From: a virus
IMG/VR virus record: IMGVR_UViG_3300033183_000058
Coordinates: 9,854 to 73,853 of that record
Reading direction: 5' to 3' (one strand)
DNA length: 64,000 nt
Position 1 is the stretch's first letter. Each line of letters starts with the position of its first letter. Positions 61,839 to 64,000 of this stretch are shown here, in pieces. The translations under genes and the position numbers were made by a program. The notes under the pieces are model-generated. The model did not search any database. It worked only from the letters and a program-made list of their open reading frames with translations, and was not told where the DNA came from.

Positions 61839-64000
61839 ATGGGATTAACTAGGCCCAGAGCCCACCAACTACAAGATTCAGACTTTAAAGCATCTTGTAG
61901 AGCATTATCAACATCAAACGTAACCTTATCAGGTGGAGCACCAGCTACAGTAGATGGTGTTAGTCTCGCAGTCCAAGATAGAATCTTAGTAACAGGACAG
62001 ACAACAGGTTCTGAAAATGGTCTTTATCGTGTAACCACAGTGGGCACAGGCTCAAACGGAACTTGGGTAAGAGCCGCTGACGCTGATGCAACGGGAGATA
62101 TCACTGCCGGCTTAACAGTAATGGTCACAGAAGGCACGACCTACGCTGACACGTCATGGAAACTGACAACAGACGATCCGATAACAGTTGGCACAACAGC
62201 ACTAACATTTGAACAAGCATCAGCATACGCATTTGGCACAGTATCAGCAAACGGCACAAGTCTGGTAGCAGATCAAGTAGGTGACACATTAACAGTATTA
62301 CAAGGTAATAATATGGTGATAACTGGTAATGCAATATCTGACACAATGACTATTGCGTTATCTAATGATCCAAGTGTTACAACAGTTACAGCCTCGGGTA
62401 ATGTTACAGCCGCTAACGTTACAGTAAGTGACGTATTAAGAATAGCACAGTCAGGCAGTGGTCTACGCATGACCAACGTAGGTGCGTTTGACAATGATGG
62501 TTCAGACAACTTTAGAATATTTGCTACAAATGATTTATCAATAGGTGCAAATGGCCAAAACGGTAATTCAATCTATATAGGAACAGGTAATGCTGTTACT
62601 ATCAATCACAACACAACTATTAAAGACGGCGCAATTGATTTTGATGTTGCTAGTCACGATGGCACAAATGGTTTAAAACTAGGTGGCACTCTTGTAACAG
62701 CAACAGCCGCTGAACTTAACTATACTGATGGTATGTTTGATAATACTGTTGCTAATAGTATTCCATCAATGAACGCATCAAATGACGGCTTTACTGATTC
62801 GGGCATGATCTACAATAGTTCTACAGCAAGTTTAGGTATTGGTGTAGCAAGTGCCGCAGATATTGATGCAAGGTTACACATTGTAGGAACAGGTAACGCT
62901 AACCAGCGTGAAACACTGTTCAAGGTAAACAACTCAAACGATCATGATAGAATTGAGTTTATTGACGAAAGCAGTGCTGACAGTTTACCAAGTGCATTGA
63001 GAAACAGAAACGCTACCTACGGTTTAGGCATTATTGCAGAATCAGGACCTGTAAGACTTTATTCTGGCGGTAGTGCGGCAAGTAATGAAATATTAAGAGC
63101 GGCTAATGTGGGTGTTAGATTTAACAATGCTTATACTTTCCCAACATCAGATGGTTCAGCTAACCAGGTTCTTGTAACAGATGGTAGTGGTGCATTAAGT
63201 TTTGCTGATCAGAGTGGTATCAGTGAGGTATCTGATGACACTACACCTCAACTAGGCGGTGACTTAGATCTAAATAGTAACGACATAAATGGTTCGGGTA
63301 ACGTTAATGTCACTGGTAATATCAGTGCTACAACTACAATTACAGCAACTGGCAATATCACAGGTGGTAACCTAGTTACTTCAGGAACGGTTACAGTTGA
63401 CAGACTAGCACTAACTTCAAGCCAGACAACAGTTTCACCACTACAGTTAACAGCAAACTCACTTAGTGATGGTGTTGGTGCCTTGAGAATAGATGGTTCA
63501 CAAGCAGACATATTCTTAAATCCAGCCACTGCTACACATACCACAGTGACTTTCGCTGTAAACAATGATCAAAGAGTAGCCTTTGGTATGGACAACAGCA
63601 GTGACTTCTATATCACAAGAAGAACTGGCAATACCTGGTATGATGACACACTGGTAATAGATAGAGACAGTGGTCAAGTCAGTTTAGGGTATACGTTGGA
63701 TGTTGTAGGTAATATCACATCAGGTAACCTACACGCTGACAACTTAACCACAGCAAATGCTTTTGTGGTTGTAGGCAGTAGCGGTCACCTAACAGAATCT
63801 ACAACACTGACTGTAGACACTAGCAGTAACTATCTAGGTATTAATCAAACATCACCAGAAGTTACCTTACACATGACAGGTGATGGCGCCCAGTCAGCAC
63901 AGATTAGAATGGAGCAGTATAATGACACAGCAGATGCTCCAGACATGAGAATAAGAAAAGGTAGAGGCACAGAGGCTTCTGCTAGTGATACTGGTGCAGG
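61839..64000 (+). CDS. Tail fibre/virion structural protein (partial; runs off the window; absent from the ORF track)
   Basis: Manual translation: MGLTRPRAHQLQDSDFKASCRALSTSNVTLSGGAPATVDGVSL...DRILVTGQTTGSENGLY; SD TAAGGA; later DTTPQLGGDLDLN and TGNITGGNL modules. Confidence 0.85.
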   Translation, partial: MGLTRPRAHQLQDSDFKASCRALSTSNVTLSGGAPATVDGVSLAVQDRILVTGQTTGSENGLYRVTTVGTGSNGTWVRAADADATGDITAGLTVMVTEGTTYADTSWKLTTDDPITVGTTALTFEQASAYAFGTVSANGTSLVADQVGDTLTVLQGNNMVITGNAISDTMTIALSNDPSVTTVTASGNVTAANVTVSDVLRIAQSGSGLRMTNVGAFDNDGSDNFRIFATNDLSIGANGQNGNSIYIGTGNAVTINHNTTIKDGAIDFDVASHDGTNGLKLGGTLVTATAAELNYTDGMFDNTVANSIPSMNASNDGFTDSGMIYNSSTASLGIGVASAADIDARLHIVGTGNANQRETLFKVNNSNDHDRIEFIDESSADSLPSALRNRNATYGLGIIAESGPVRLYSGGSAASNEILRAANVGVRFNNAYTFPTSDGSANQVLVTDGSGALSFADQSGISEVSDDTTPQLGGDLDLNSNDINGSGNVNVTGNISATTTITATGNITGGNLVTSGTVTVDRLALTSSQTTVSPLQLTANSLSDGVGALRIDGSQADIFLNPATATHTTVTFAVNNDQRVAFGMDNSSDFYITRRTGNTWYDDTLVIDRDSGQVSLGYTLDVVGNITSGNLHADNLTTANAFVVVGSSGHLTESTTLTVDTSSNYLGINQTSPEVTLHMTGDGAQSAQIRMEQYNDTADAPDMRIRKGRGTEASASDTGA

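Noticed and set aside
1-64000. Alternative genetic code (stop-codon reassignment)
   Set aside because: Core genes are full length under the standard code with high coding density, and TAA, TAG and TGA all serve as real stops
1-64000. tRNA/rRNA genes, integrase, transposase, introns or inteins in core genes
   Set aside because: No cloverleaf or T-loop signatures seen in intergenic gaps; portal, capsid, gp46 and gp47 are uninterrupted and of expected size. Checked by eye only.

Overview
A 64 kb fragment of a low-GC T4-superfamily myovirus, probably a jumbo phage given its giant baseplate proteins; the acidic proteins hint at a marine host. From left to right: (1) on the minus strand, a baseplate/tail module (gp48/54-, gp53-, gp27-, gp5-, gp25- and gp6-like genes, a 4467-aa gp7-like wedge, fibre proteins) followed by glycosyltransferase-like and radical SAM genes; (2) a sigma70-driven plus-strand operon with a gp55-like late sigma factor, gp47/gp46 (Mre11/Rad50), a radical SAM/B12-radical SAM/SDR cassette and a stand-alone GIY-YIG nuclease, followed by a ~420-nt highly structured, pseudoknotted non-coding element; (3) a sulfotransferase, a small membrane protein and a gp26/gp51-like chaperone pair joined by a -1 slippery site; (4) tape measure, portal, core, protease, scaffold and major capsid genes, then a run of modular fibre/decoration proteins. 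T4-like late promoters (TAAATA) occur throughout, several placed to give leaderless mRNAs or lying inside hairpins. I found no tRNA, rRNA, CRISPR array, integrase or reverse transcriptase. The best candidates for something new are the GIY-YIG-linked structured RNA, the G/GT-like frameshift, and a possible virion glycosylation/radical SAM modification system. All assignments come from motif recognition by eye; no database searches were run.
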